Below, one piece after another: positions 37,882-52,087 of a DNA stretch of 64,000 nucleotides. The stretch lies in NCBI GenBank assembly GCA_963702435.1, contig CAVPCR010000001.1:1216001-1280000 (forward strand). The letters are read 5' to 3'. How positions within the stretch are numbered: the stretch's first letter is position 1; each line of letters opens with the position of its first letter. This DNA comes from Candidatus Eiseniibacteriota bacterium. Its GTDB lineage: Bacteria; Eisenbacteria; RBG-16-71-46; CAVPCR01. Under the pieces are notes generated by a model, which was not told where the DNA came from, did no database searches, and saw only the letters and a program-made list of their open reading frames with translations. The position numbers and the translations under genes are program-made.

Positions 37882-40179
37882 ATGCAACGCGCGACCCTCC
37901 GGCCCGCCCTCTTCGCAATTGTCCTGCTCGCCCTCCGGCCCGCCTCTGCTTCCGCCACCGACTGCGCCGATTACGGCGCCGGCTTCGAATGGATTGGCGC
38001 CGACTACGGCGTGGGTTATGCGCACGATGTCGCGATCGCGGGCTCGCTCGCCCTCGTCGCCAGCGGGACTCGCGGCCTCGTGCTCATCGACATCGCTGAC
38101 CCGCGCGCGCCGGTGAACCTCGGATTCCTGGAAACACCCGGCTGGGCCCGGGGAGTAGCGGTCGCGGGGGATCACGCTTACGTCGCCGACGAGCACTCTG
38201 GACTCGAGGTCATCGACATTACGGACCCGACCTCGCCATGGATCGAGGGCACCCTGGATACCCCGGGGCAAGCCCTCGAGGTGGCCTTCGCCGGAAACCT
38301 GGCCTTCGTCGCCGACGGCAGCGCCGGACTCGAGATCATCGACGTCTCCCAGCCGACCGCACCGGTGCTCGTCGCGACCTTCCAGACGTTCGGGAGCGCG
38401 CGTGGCGTGGCGATCGTGGATCATCAGGCCTATGTCGCCGAGCGCGCCGTCCTTCCCCCCAACCCGCCCTTCGGCCTCCTCGAGGTGATCGATGTGAGCG
38501 ACCCCGCTTCGCCCCTGCTCGTGGGCATCGCCCTCTCGACGGCCGAGCTCGCGGCCATCGCGGTGGCGAGCCCGTTCGCCTATCTGGCCGGCGGAGACTC
38601 AGGTGGCCTCGAGGTCGTGGACGTCACGGACCCGGCGGCGCCGGTCGTGGTCGGGCGCGTCGCGACGCGCGGGCATGCCGCCGACGTCGCGGTCGCCGGC
38701 ACGCGCGCCTACGTGGCCAATGGGGGACACGGCGTGGATTCCGCGCTCCAGGTGGTCGATGTCACCGATCCCACGTCGCCCGCAACGCTCGGCTTCGTGC
38801 AGATCCCTTCGTACCTGGATGGCGTGGCGGTGGCCGGAGATCTCGCCTGCACGGTGGCCATGGGTGACGGCGGGTTCCAGGTCATCGACGTCACTGGATC
38901 GAACGCGGTGTCCGTCGTCGCGCAGATCAACACGCCACCCGAGGCCCGGGGCATCGCCGTGGCCGGCGGCCTCGCGTACGTCACCTACGGCGACTTCTTC
39001 AACAGGGGGTTCCTGGTTGCCGATCCCTCCCTGCCCTCTCCCGTTCTCGGTAGCGTGGGGACAATGGGGATCGGTCACGATGTCGTGCTCGCCGGCAACC
39101 ACGCTTGCGTGGCCCTCGGCAGCAACACCGACTCGGGAAACATCCGCGGCTTCGCAGTGATCGATGTCACCGATCCGCGCGCGCCGCAGGTCGTGGGTGC
39201 CCTCCAGAGCTCGACGGAAGTGCTCGGTGTGGACGTGGCCGGAGGCTACGCCTACCTGGCGACCGGGAAGCTCATCGATGAGTACGGCGAGTCAGGGCTC
39301 GAGATCGTGCGCGTCGCCAATCCGAATCAGCCGGTGCGCGTGGCGCGGATCGCCCTGCCGCCGGAGGCTCGCGACGTGGCCGTGGCGGGGACGCATGCCC
39401 TCGTCGCCGCGCGGCAAGGCGGCCTGGTGGTCGTCGACGTCGCGGTGCCGTCAGCCCCGGTCATCGTCGCCGAGCTCCCCACCCCCGGTGCGGCCCAGAC
39501 CCTCGCGGTGTCCGGGGACTACGCTTACATCGCAGCGAGCGATGCCGGACTCCTGGTCATCGACATCGCGGATGCAGCGGCGCCGTCGATCGTGGCGAGC
39601 GCGCGCGTACCGGGCGCGGCGGCGGGAGTCGCCCTGGCCGGCTCGCTGGCTTACATCTCGCACGGCGACCGCTACTACTTCTCGAACGTCGCGGTGGTGG
39701 ACGTCTCTGATCCGCTGGCGCCGCGGCTCCTCGGAACCGCGGGCACGAGCGGTCAGGTCGCGCGCCTGGCTGTGGGCGCGGACTTCGTGGCCGCGGCGGC
39801 CGGCCGCGGCGGCCTCGAGCTCCTGCCGATCCAGTGTCCGCCGGTGGCGGGGGTGCCCGCCCCCGATGCGCCGGCGCTGGCGCCGACGCCGGCCATCCGG
39901 CTGGCCTGGGCGGAGCCGAACCCGCACTCCTCGATGTCGGCGGCCGGTGTGCGCATCCGCTTCGAGCTCGCGCGCCCGGCCAGCGCTCGCGTCGATGTGT
40001 TCGACACCCAAGGACGACTCGTCCGCCGGCTCCTCGCGGCGCCACTCGCGGCGGGTGCGCACGCCGTCACCTGGGACGGGCGGAGCGAGGCGGGCGGAAC
40101 CATCGGCCCCGGCGTCTACTTCTACCGGCTCGATGCGGACGGCTCTCTGGCGGCGCGGAAGCTCGTGGTCACGCCCTAG
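37882..40179 (+). CDS. Secreted LVIVD-repeat beta-propeller protein with C-terminal FlgD-Ig/T9SS-CTD-like domain
   Basis: GGAGGT RBS; signal peptide; many VAVAG..AYVA...GLEVIDV.DP..P repeats; EPNP...VFDTQGRLVRRL...WDGR...GVYFYRL...RKLVV. Confidence 0.9.
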   Translation: MQRATLRPALFAIVLLALRPASASATDCADYGAGFEWIGADYGVGYAHDVAIAGSLALVASGTRGLVLIDIADPRAPVNLGFLETPGWARGVAVAGDHAYVADEHSGLEVIDITDPTSPWIEGTLDTPGQALEVAFAGNLAFVADGSAGLEIIDVSQPTAPVLVATFQTFGSARGVAIVDHQAYVAERAVLPPNPPFGLLEVIDVSDPASPLLVGIALSTAELAAIAVASPFAYLAGGDSGGLEVVDVTDPAAPVVVGRVATRGHAADVAVAGTRAYVANGGHGVDSALQVVDVTDPTSPATLGFVQIPSYLDGVAVAGDLACTVAMGDGGFQVIDVTGSNAVSVVAQINTPPEARGIAVAGGLAYVTYGDFFNRGFLVADPSLPSPVLGSVGTMGIGHDVVLAGNHACVALGSNTDSGNIRGFAVIDVTDPRAPQVVGALQSSTEVLGVDVAGGYAYLATGKLIDEYGESGLEIVRVANPNQPVRVARIALPPEARDVAVAGTHALVAARQGGLVVVDVAVPSAPVIVAELPTPGAAQTLAVSGDYAYIAASDAGLLVIDIADAAAPSIVASARVPGAAAGVALAGSLAYISHGDRYYFSNVAVVDVSDPLAPRLLGTAGTSGQVARLAVGADFVAAAAGRGGLELLPIQCPPVAGVPAPDAPALAPTPAIRLAWAEPNPHSSMSAAGVRIRFELARPASARVDVFDTQGRLVRRLLAAPLAAGAHAVTWDGRSEAGGTIGPGVYFYRLDADGSLAARKLVVTP

Positions 40180-40218
40180 CCTTAGCCTGGGTGGCGGCAG
40201 TGAGTCGCGCTATGGCTT

Positions 40219-40273
40219 CATAAACGTCGTGATGCACCTCGACGCGGGCGACGGCGGGGTCACCGTGCGCTGA
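40219..40273 (+). repeat. Right copy of the ~55-bp direct repeat
   Basis: Matches 37661-37715. Confidence 0.9.
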
Positions 40274-40337
40274 AGGGATAGGGATTCCCTTTCGTTGCGG
40301 CGCCGGAAGGAGGCGGAGACTGGGGAGCGAAGCGGCG
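40274..40337 (-). mobile_element. Short diverged IS91-like oriIS end fragment (inverted)
   Basis: Reverse complement CTCCGCCTCCTTCCGGCGCCGCAACGAAAGGGAATCCCTATCCCT matches the ends at 1517 and 32967. Confidence 0.7.
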
Positions 40338-40992
40338 CTGCCGGCCGGCCGCCTGCGTGCCGTCGACCAGGACGGCGCACTGCCGCCCGGTCACGTCATA
40401 GATGGCGAGCCACACGCGCCCCGGGAGCGGCAGGACGTAGCTGATGTCGGTCGAGTGGACGAAGGGGTTCGGCGCGGCCGCCTGGATCCGGAGCACGGCG
40501 CCGGGGCGCCGATTCTGCCACCTCGACGCCGGTCGTCGCGGGACCGGTGCGGAGGTCGGTCTCCGCGCGGTTATTGCCCGGCAGCGCGAGCCAGGGCGTC
40601 CACGGGACGAACGGAGAGATCGAGAGGATACGCAGCGCCGGTGATAGGGCGCATCGCTCGCGAGACCGCTCCCGAGCTCGTTGATCGGCACCGCGCTGCC
40701 GATCCCCGCGATCGGCGCGCCCGTGTCGAACACGGCACCGGTCACGAGCCCCAATCCGTCGAAGGGGATGTCGAGCGGCTTCACCTCCCACTGGAGGCGG
40801 ACCCGGAGTCGGATCGGCCGAGGACGGCGATCGGCGCCGAGTCGTCGCTCCGAGATTGCCGCGGGATGCGGTCGAGCCCGCCGCCTCCGTTGCCGTTGTA
40901 GACCCAGACATAGCCCTCATCGGTCTGCCCGTTCGTGAACCAGGGCGCGGCGACGACGACATCGGAGCACCCGTCCCCGTTCACGTCCCCTG
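40338..40992 (-). pseudogene. Decayed 3' fragment of an FG-GAP/FlgD protein paralogous to 28207-31647
   Basis: TGDVNGDGCSDVVVAAP...RQSRSDDSAPIAVLG, WEVKPLDIPFDG, LPGNNRAETDLRT and PNPF..IYDVTGR are spread over several frames; truncated at the IS end. Confidence 0.85.
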
Positions 40993-41218
40993 TACTGGAC
41001 CCCCGATTTCGGGCGCCGCTGCCGCGCCGCGCAGTCGATTGTCGACGTTGAACGACCGGAACGACCAGCGGGCATCCCATCCGGCGATCGGGTCTCCCCA
41101 GGACCGAATGCCAGTCCCGGGGAGACCGCCCGCCTGACTGCGCGCCAGGCGGGCTCCGCCCGATCTCCCGTCCTCTTCCCGTGCGACCACGGTCATCCAG
41201 AGCCCGGCCGTCCGCCGG

Positions 41219-42064
41219 TCAGCCGGCCGGCACCCAGTCCACCTCCATGTCTTCGCCGCAGCCCGTGAACCGCACGCTCACATAGCCGGGTGCGGCCCCC
41301 GACGTGACCTGGAAGCGGACCTCGCCGGCCACGGGGAACGGAGACTGGCAGTCCGTGTCGATCTCGATCGGCGCGGCGGTCGAGACGTCCATCGCGACCG
41401 TGACCCCCTCCTGCACCCAGACGAAGGTGCCGGCGAGCTCGATCTGCCCCGAGGGCAGCGGGACTCCGACTCCTAAGATTACGCTCGATCCCGGCTCCGG
41501 AGTGAAGGTGGCGGTCCAGCGTTCGGTCGCTGCGCAGGCGGGGTTTCCGGTCGTCGCGAACGCAAGCTGGATGTCCTCGACCATGGTGAGGCTGTCCGGG
41601 GCGCCGCTCACCGCGCGGGGTCCGGAAACGCCCAGGGTCTCGGTCGAGGGCGGGTCGCCGGAGGTCAGCGCGTAGGTCATGGCATGGAGCGCGCTGAACC
41701 CGAACGCGGATCCCGGATCTGTCACGTCGATCGTCCCCATGCTCGTCCCCGATCCGCCGCTGAAGACGAAGGTGCAGCCGGTCTCGTCGAAGGCGAACCG
41801 GGCCGTGTCGGGAACGCCATCCGAGTCGGAGTCAGCGAACGGCGACGGTGCGATCGTCACGCAGCCTGGGGGCCCGCTCGGAAGCCGGAAGCAGTTGATC
41901 AGACCTCCCAGTTCGGTGGTGAGTGCCGGTCCGAGCTGGGACATGATGTCGACGTCGCCGTCCGGACCGGTGACGTCGTCGTCGCTGCTGCAAGAGAACA
42001 AGGCGAGGGCAATGCAGACGGACAGGACTGCGGCGACTGCGGTCGCCGCGCGACGCGATGCCAT
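41219..42064 (-). CDS. Hypothetical lipoprotein (beta-rich, several Cys)
   Basis: AGGAGG RBS; ALALFSC lipobox followed by SSDDDVTGP. Confidence 0.75.
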   Translation of the reverse strand: MASRRAATAVAAVLSVCIALALFSCSSDDDVTGPDGDVDIMSQLGPALTTELGGLINCFRLPSGPPGCVTIAPSPFADSDSDGVPDTARFAFDETGCTFVFSGGSGTSMGTIDVTDPGSAFGFSALHAMTYALTSGDPPSTETLGVSGPRAVSGAPDSLTMVEDIQLAFATTGNPACAATERWTATFTPEPGSSVILGVGVPLPSGQIELAGTFVWVQEGVTVAMDVSTAAPIEIDTDCQSPFPVAGEVRFQVTSGAAPGYVSVRFTGCGEDMEVDWVPAG

Positions 42065-42288
42065 GGCCGACCTCCTCGGCGCTCGAGCGGCGACGCGGCA
42101 CGGCTGCGTTCCCCGACGCAGGACATACCGCAGCGCCGGATCGAGCGGATCAGCTGAGCCTGGGGTGCCGGGCGCGGGTCTCCTTGCAAAGCCTGCTCCC
42201 GGCCGGATGCATCATACACCTCCCGCGAGCCGGCGAACTCGGGGGGAGTCCTCCTCGTCTCTCGCGAGGGCCGGGCGCGCGTGTACGC

Positions 42289-42852
42289 TTATCGTGCGTT
42301 CTCGCCGCGTGCGATCGCGGTCGTCCACCGCCCGTCCGCTCCCCGCCAGCACGCCACGCGGTGGCCGCCGGCGGCCAGCATCTGGATGAGCGGCTCCGGC
42401 CGGAACGAGCTTGCGATCTCGATCATGCTCTCCGCGTCGAGCGCGGCGGCGAGGTGCTGCACGCGCCCGAGTGGGTGCTCGTTCCGGTTCAGCATCGCGT
42501 CGGCGTCCAGGCGCTCGACGACGCGCCGCCCGGCGATCCAGGACGGCGGGGAGTCCGCCGCGGCTCCACGCCTCGCCACGGGCGCGGCCGGGGCGGGCGC
42601 GACCGGGGCCGGCGCGACCTCTGCATCCGCCTGCCCGATCTGCGCGCGCAGATGTCGCACCAGCTCGGCGACGTCCACGCCAGCGGTGACCGCTGCCGCT
42701 TGCAGTGTCGCGACCTTCGCCACCGTCCGCCTGAGAATCGGATTCCGGAGCTTCGCGAAGTGGGGCGAATAGGCGAGGAGGGCTGCCTCGAGCTCGGGAT
42801 AGGCATCGAGGATGGCGCCGACCCTGGTCTGCGGCGTGATCTCGAGCTTCAC
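42289..42852 (-). CDS. DUF1858 / DUF2249-like domain protein
   Basis: ITPQTRVGAILDAYPELE...KLRNPILRRTVAKVATL; C-terminal LDA...EHPL...SFRPEPLI; GTGA overlap with the upstream gene. Confidence 0.75.
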   Translation of the reverse strand: MKLEITPQTRVGAILDAYPELEAALLAYSPHFAKLRNPILRRTVAKVATLQAAAVTAGVDVAELVRHLRAQIGQADAEVAPAPVAPAPAAPVARRGAAADSPPSWIAGRRVVERLDADAMLNRNEHPLGRVQHLAAALDAESMIEIASSFRPEPLIQMLAAGGHRVACWRGADGRWTTAIARGENAR

Positions 42853-44072
42853 TGCGCCTCCTCGTAGGCGAGGAGTCGGCGCTCGCCGGCGAGCGCGCGC
42901 GGCCGCGTCAGGTCCTGGGTCACCTCGAGGGTGCCGAGGTAGGCGCCGCCCTCGTCGCGCACCGCGAAGTAGCGGATGTGCACGAAGCGCTCCCCCAGCA
43001 TGATCCAGAACTCGGCGACGTCCTGCGTGCCGGCCCTGAAGTCGGCCAGGATTCGATTCACGACCTCGACGCTGTGCGGCGGATGGCAGTTCTGGACCTG
43101 GCGGCCGATGATGGCCGGCGAGCGGGCGAAGATCCGGTCCCCGCCTTCTGAGAAGAAGGCCACGCGGTCATCCGCGTCGACGAAGGTCAGGTCCACCGGC
43201 AGGACCTTGATGATCGCCGCGAGCTGCGCCGGCAGCACGCTCCCGACGCCGATCGGGATGCGCCGATCCCCCGGTTCCGCTCCGGCGCCCGCCGCGGCGC
43301 GCGGTGGCACGTACTCGGTGCCGGAGGTCACGAGGCAGGTGCCGAAGGGAGCAGAGCCGCGATGGACCTCCCCCCACTCCTCCGCGCTCAGCTTCGCGTG
43401 CGCCATGGGGAAGAGAATGCGCTCCTCCTTCGCGATCATCTCCTCGATCTGGTCGAGCATCGGGATGGCGATCTCGCGCGCCACGACTCGCCACTCGTCG
43501 ACTGAGGCGTCACGGGCGGTGAGCGCCTCGCGCAGCGTCTTGAGCAGGACGCGGATGTCGTCGTCCTTCGCCCACATCACCTGCGAGGGGCCCGTCACGC
43601 CATGGCGCTCGAGAAACGAGAAGAGGGCCTGCTCCTTCCGCGCGTAGTGCTTCTCGACCTCCATCAGCTGCTCGTGGAGCTCGCGCCACCGCTGGAGCGA
43701 AGTGTCGAGATTCGGCTCGTCGATGGATGCGACGTGCTCGCGCGTGCGCCGCGTGAGATCGGCGACGGCGACGTTCTCCCGCCGGAACGTGTCGAGCGGG
43801 TGCCCGGCCGGAACCTGGATGGCGAGGCGCTCGTCGAGGAGATCGCGCAGCACCTGCGAGTGGAGATCGCACATCCGCTTGATCTCCTCCACCGGCATGC
43901 CGCCGGCCATGAGCTGCTGCTCCATGGCGACGATCTCCTCGCTCGTGGTCTCACGGACCAGCGCGGCGAGCTTCCCCTTGACCGCAGCGGGATCCGCCCC
44001 CGCGTGCAGCTCCTTGATGATCTTGCTCAGCGCGTCGACGCGCTGTTGACTGCTGTTGATGAGCTCGCTCAT
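42849..44072 (-). CDS. DUF438 - hemerythrin-like - PAS domain protein
   Basis: IKELHAG, EQQLM..G...EEIKRMCDLHS; GHPLDTFRREN; HYARKEQALF; EERILFPM; LPVDLTFVDADDRVAFF...RQVQNCHPP. Confidence 0.88.
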   Translation of the reverse strand: MSELINSSQQRVDALSKIIKELHAGADPAAVKGKLAALVRETTSEEIVAMEQQLMAGGMPVEEIKRMCDLHSQVLRDLLDERLAIQVPAGHPLDTFRRENVAVADLTRRTREHVASIDEPNLDTSLQRWRELHEQLMEVEKHYARKEQALFSFLERHGVTGPSQVMWAKDDDIRVLLKTLREALTARDASVDEWRVVAREIAIPMLDQIEEMIAKEERILFPMAHAKLSAEEWGEVHRGSAPFGTCLVTSGTEYVPPRAAAGAGAEPGDRRIPIGVGSVLPAQLAAIIKVLPVDLTFVDADDRVAFFSEGGDRIFARSPAIIGRQVQNCHPPHSVEVVNRILADFRAGTQDVAEFWIMLGERFVHIRYFAVRDEGGAYLGTLEVTQDLTRPRALAGERRLLAYEEAQ

Positions 44073-44104
44073 GACCTCTCCGGTGGCTCTCGGCGGCGAT
44101 GCGC

Positions 44105-44764
44105 CTACGGGCAGGGGCCGCAGCTCGGATCGCCGGCGTCGTCCTCGTCATCGGCCGAGAGGATCGAGATGGTGCCGGGCGTCGCGGCGGCCGCGGGCGC
44201 CGGGACGCGGCAGACAAGCGCCCGCGCCGCCTGGAGCAGGTAGTGCTCGCTCTCGGCACCGAGCACCGCTTCGAAACGTCGCGCGACCTCGGTAGCAAAT
44301 CTGCTCACGTGCGCGGCGATGAACGTCGCGCGCGCTTCCGCCGTCGTGCGCGCGGCCTCGGCCGCGCCCTCGAACTCGGCGTACGCCACCTTCAAGCTCA
44401 GGTATCCCACGAATCCGACCGCGACGGCGAGATGATCGGTCGGATCCTCGCTCGCCGGATGGAAGGCGAAGGCCGTATGGAAGGCGCCGATGTCGGCGAG
44501 CACGCGTGCCGGATCCTCCATCCCGCGGTACGCGACCTCGCGCGGGGAGACGGCGCCGCCTGGGCCGAGGAGTGCGAGATACTCGCCCTCGCTCGCATCG
44601 CCCACTGCGCCGGCCGCGGCGCGCAGATCCGCGGCGGCGATCTCGCGCCCGAGCGCGGCGACCTCGTCGTGCCAGCCCGTGCGCGGGCGTTCGAAGAGAA
44701 GACCGAGGAGGCGCCACTCGGCGCTCGCCGCGAGGAGCGGCGCGACTGCCTGCGTCTCGTTCAT
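44105..44764 (-). CDS. TorD/DmsD/NarJ-family molybdoenzyme chaperone
   Basis: TGATG coupling to the gamma subunit; EYLALLGPGG.VSPREVAY; EDPTDHLAVAVGFVGYL (typical PDHL motif). Confidence 0.8.
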   Translation of the reverse strand: MNETQAVAPLLAASAEWRLLGLLFERPRTGWHDEVAALGREIAAADLRAAAGAVGDASEGEYLALLGPGGAVSPREVAYRGMEDPARVLADIGAFHTAFAFHPASEDPTDHLAVAVGFVGYLSLKVAYAEFEGAAEAARTTAEARATFIAAHVSRFATEVARRFEAVLGAESEHYLLQAARALVCRVPAPAAAATPGTISILSADDEDDAGDPSCGPCP

Positions 44765-45732
44765 CAATGCCCCGCCTTCTTCGCCGCGGTCGACTGCGCC
44801 CCCGCCGTCGCCTCGAGCGCGAGCGGCACCCAGCCCGTCCGCATCTTCCGCGCCCCCACTTCCTCGCGCCCGCCTTCCCACACCGCGAACGCCGCCTGCG
44901 TCCGCCCGGCTGCTTGGAGCGCCGCCGGCAGGGGCCGCGAGATGACGACCGCCCATCCCGTCTTCGTGCACGCGCCGCGCCCATCGGAGCGCGTCTCGGG
45001 CGCGGGCGAGAGCGAGCCAGGCCCCTCGGCAATGAGATCCTCGACCGGTCGCTGGCGCGGCCCGGCCATCGCGTTCCCGAGCGCGCGCGCGGGCGCATAG
45101 CGCGCCGTCATTGCTTGCTGCTCCGGCGAGCCCGCGGCGAGAGTCGGCGCCTGGAAGGGATAGTGGTCGACCGCGGCGTCGGGGTAGAGGGCCCGGATCG
45201 AATCCGGCCGCCCATCGACGACCGCCTGCCATGACGCGCGCCAGTAGGCGATCTCGACCGGCCGCCCCGCCTCACCCATCTGCGGCGCCGGCACGTCGGC
45301 CGCCGCTACCCCCGCCGGCAACTGGACGGCGCAACCATCCGAGAACCGGCTCGCGCCGGGGAGATCGTTGGCCGACGAATCCAGCCACGCGATGCGGAAG
45401 GCGATGCGTGTGCCGTCGGTGATCGCCTGCACGTCCACGGTCTTGGTCGACGCGGTCATGAGCCGCGGCTCGACCATGTCTTGCAGGAGGAGCGCCGCCG
45501 TGTGCACCGGCGCCTTCCTCCACTCGGGCGCGGCGGGATCGGCGGGCAGGGTCGCGCGGCGGACAGCGAGCACCTCGCCGGGCGAGCGCGGCGGCCCGCT
45601 CTTGCCGCAGGAGAGGAGCGCCGCGGCCATGAACGCAATACCCCCGAGCGCCATCAGCGTCCGCAAGCGGGTCGGACTGATCATCACTGGCTCCTTCGCA
45701 GCCGTTGCGGGCATCTCGTCGCTCCTCGTCAC
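44764..45732 (-). CDS. Gamma subunit, ethylbenzene-dehydrogenase-type heme-b (DOMON-like) domain, probable lipoprotein
   Basis: ALLSC lipobox; [23 protein letters not shown]...[24 protein letters not shown]...GARK; position in the operon. Confidence 0.82.
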   Translation of the reverse strand: MTRSDEMPATAAKEPVMISPTRLRTLMALGGIAFMAAALLSCGKSGPPRSPGEVLAVRRATLPADPAAPEWRKAPVHTAALLLQDMVEPRLMTASTKTVDVQAITDGTRIAFRIAWLDSSANDLPGASRFSDGCAVQLPAGVAAADVPAPQMGEAGRPVEIAYWRASWQAVVDGRPDSIRALYPDAAVDHYPFQAPTLAAGSPEQQAMTARYAPARALGNAMAGPRQRPVEDLIAEGPGSLSPAPETRSDGRGACTKTGWAVVISRPLPAALQAAGRTQAAFAVWEGGREEVGARKMRTGWVPLALEATAGAQSTAAKKAGH

Positions 45733-46855
45733 GACACGTTCGAGCGCGCGACCCCGCGCGCCGAGTCGAAGGCGAGCCGGATGTGCACGGGCTCCCGGAG
45801 CGGGACCCGCACGATCTCGCCGCCGTCTTCTTCGAGACCGATCACCGTGTCGCCGCTCCGCTTCCAGCGCGGGACGACCCGCGGCGTCGAGCCAAAGAGG
45901 GAGAGAAGTCCGGACAGATCGGGATCATCGGCCGCGGCACGATAGGTGGCGATCGCCTGCTCGACGCCGGGCCCGAACATTTGCCGGAGGAACGCCGGCG
46001 GCACGTGCACCGGCGGTATGTAGTAGACGTTCGGCTCGAGCCCGAACTGCGGGAAGAGGGGCAGCGCGATCTTCCGCACGTGCACGAGATAATCGATCGG
46101 ATTGTCGGCGCGCGCCTTGTCCGGCGTCGAGATCCAGCCGGCGAAGCGGATCTTCCCGATGCAGTTCACGAAGCACTGCGGCTGCTCCCCCATCTCGATC
46201 TTGGGATAACACGCGATGCACTTCTCGGACGTGCCGGTCATCGGGTTGTAGAAGACCTTCTTGTAAGGACAGGCCTTCACGCACTCCTGGTAGCCGCGGC
46301 AGCGCCCCTGGTCGAGGAGCACGATCCCATCCTCCTGCCGCTTGTAGATCGAGCCGCGCGGGCAGGAGGCGAGACAGGCCGGGTAGGTGCAGTGGTTGCA
46401 GATACGGGCGAGATAGTAGAACCACACCATGTGCGGCACGCTCATCCCGGCGCCGTTCTCGATCACGCCGAGGCAATCGTCCTCGCCCACATTCGGATTG
46501 GCGTAGTCGATCTCCCCCGGCCGCCAGCCGAGCACCCTCTCGCCGGCGGGCGCCGCCTCGAAGATGGTGCGCCCCTCGTAGCGCCGGCCGCTCCAGCTCT
46601 GGGCGCCGAGCTTGTCGAGGAGATGCACGTCCCAGCCGAGCGGATAGAAGCCGTACGGCTTCGTCTCGACGTTGTTCCAGAGCATGTACTCCTGGCCCTG
46701 GCCCGAGGTCCAGGTCGTCTTGCAGGCCAGCGTGCAGGTCTGGCAGGCGATGCACTTGTTGATGTCGAAGACGGCGGCGAACTGCCGCTCCGGGCGCGAC
46801 TCGGGATACCAGTAGGACATCTCGCGGCCGATCTGCCAGTTCTTGACGCGTGCCA

Positions 46856-46856
<1 letters not shown>
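45729..46856 (-). CDS. nxrB: NXR/NAR-like Fe-S beta subunit (Nitrospira/anammox NxrB-like)
   Basis: [78 protein letters not shown] coupling to alpha. Confidence 0.88.
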
Positions 46857-50343
<3,487 letters not shown>

Positions 50344-50347
<4 letters not shown>

Positions 50348-52068
50348 GGTCGCACCTCCCACGTGCGAATGAAGGCGACGATCGATTCGATCTCCGAGTC
50401 GGAAAGGAGCCGCCAGGTCGTCGACGAGGTCGTGAACGGGGGCATGGTCGTTCCGCGCCGCCCGCGGCGGATGGTCTCGATCAAGTAGGTGTCGGTCGCG
50501 CTGGCGAGGAGCACCGGGTTCGCGAGCATCGGTCCCTCTCCCCCTTCACCCTTCGCCCCGTGACAGCGAGCGCAGTTGGCGACGTAGAGGCGGCCGCCGG
50601 CCGCGGGATGTGTACCGGGGGCGGCGGCAACCCAGCGCGCCGGCCGCGTCTCGACCGGCTCGGGGACGCTGCCAAGCGTGCGCACATGATCGACGACCGC
50701 TCTGATCTCCTCCGGACGGAGCCCGCCCGCCCCGTCGCCCCAGGCGGGCATCCGCCGCCCCGGCCGGCCGTGACGGACGGTCGCGGTCACGAACGAGTCG
50801 GTCGCGAGACCGAGAAAGTCGGGATTCGCGATCGCCGGGGACGGCTGCGCACCGGAGTAGCGCATGCCCTCCCCGCGCGCGCCGTGACAGGCGGCGCAAA
50901 ACGTGCCGTAGAGCGTCGCACCGTCCGTCGAGAACTCCCGTGCGCCGAACCGCTCGGCCTGGATGCGGTCAACCGGCCAGTAGGTCCCCGGAAGATCGGC
51001 GCGGCGGAGCGAGAGCATGTAGGTCGTGAGCGCCGAGATCTCCTCCTCCGCGAGCCCGAGGGCCGGCATCGCCGAGCCGGGAACGACGACCGCCGGGGCG
51101 CGGAAGTGCTCGGCGAACCAGTTCGCGAGCGTGCGCTCGCCCGGGACGTGCGTGAAGTCGAGCTGGCCCGGGTCGCGCTCCCCGACGCGCGTGAGATCGG
51201 GGCCGTCATCGCCGCCGACCCCGTTCACCTTGTGGCAACCGCGGCACCCAAGCGAATGGAAGATCGTCTTGGCCGCCATGAGCCCCGGCGCGCCGACGCG
51301 CGTGCGCAGGAAGACCGCAAGCGCGGCGCGATCGGATTCGGCGATCTCGCTCATCGAGGTTCGCCACGGGCCGGTAACGCCCGCGGCCCCCGCGGGCGAG
51401 GCCGCCCCCGCCACCGCCGAGTCGCGGTGCGCGATGTGTCGCGCGTACCACTCCGGATCGAACCCGCTCGCCCCGGCGAGCGAGAGATCGGGACCGGCGA
51501 TCTGCGCCTGCCCCGGGCGAAGCGTGCCGCCCCGCCCGTCCACCGCGTGACAGGCGAGGCAGTCGAGGCGCTCGAAGAGCGCCGCGCCGCGCGTGAACTC
51601 GTCGTGATTGGGCACGGCGAGATGCGTGTGGCAAGCGCCGCAGCCGGCATCCGATCGCGCGCCCGGGATCATCGGCTCCGGCCAGTGGTGGACCGCGCCG
51701 TGCGCGTCGTCGCTCCGGGTCGCCCGCCCTTGCCCGCCGTGGCAGATGACGCAACCGAAGTCGGCCGGATCGTGCGGTATCCGCGGGTGGCGCGCGTAGA
51801 TCGGATCGCCGTCGATCCCGCTCTCTCCCGGGGCCATGCCCAGGTGACAGCTCACGCAGCGATCCACCGCGCCCACCGCCGGCACGTACACCTGACGGAG
51901 CTGCACATTGAACTCGCGCGCCGCCTCGGGGGCGAGGCGCGTCCGGTAGCCGCGCTGGAGGACGCGCCACTCGCTCGCCACGTTTTCGCGGAGCGCTGCC
52001 CCGACCAGGAGGACGAGCGTCAAGATGCTCGTCCAGAGGAGGAGGTGCTTGTTGCGCCCGATGTTCAT
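50344..52068 (-). CDS. Membrane-anchored heptaheme cytochrome c
   Basis: N-terminal TM; seven CxxCH motifs (CVSCH, CVICH, CGACH, CLACH, CRGCH, CAACH, CARCH). Confidence 0.9.
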
Positions 52069-52087
52069 GTCGCCTCTCCGCTCCCCG

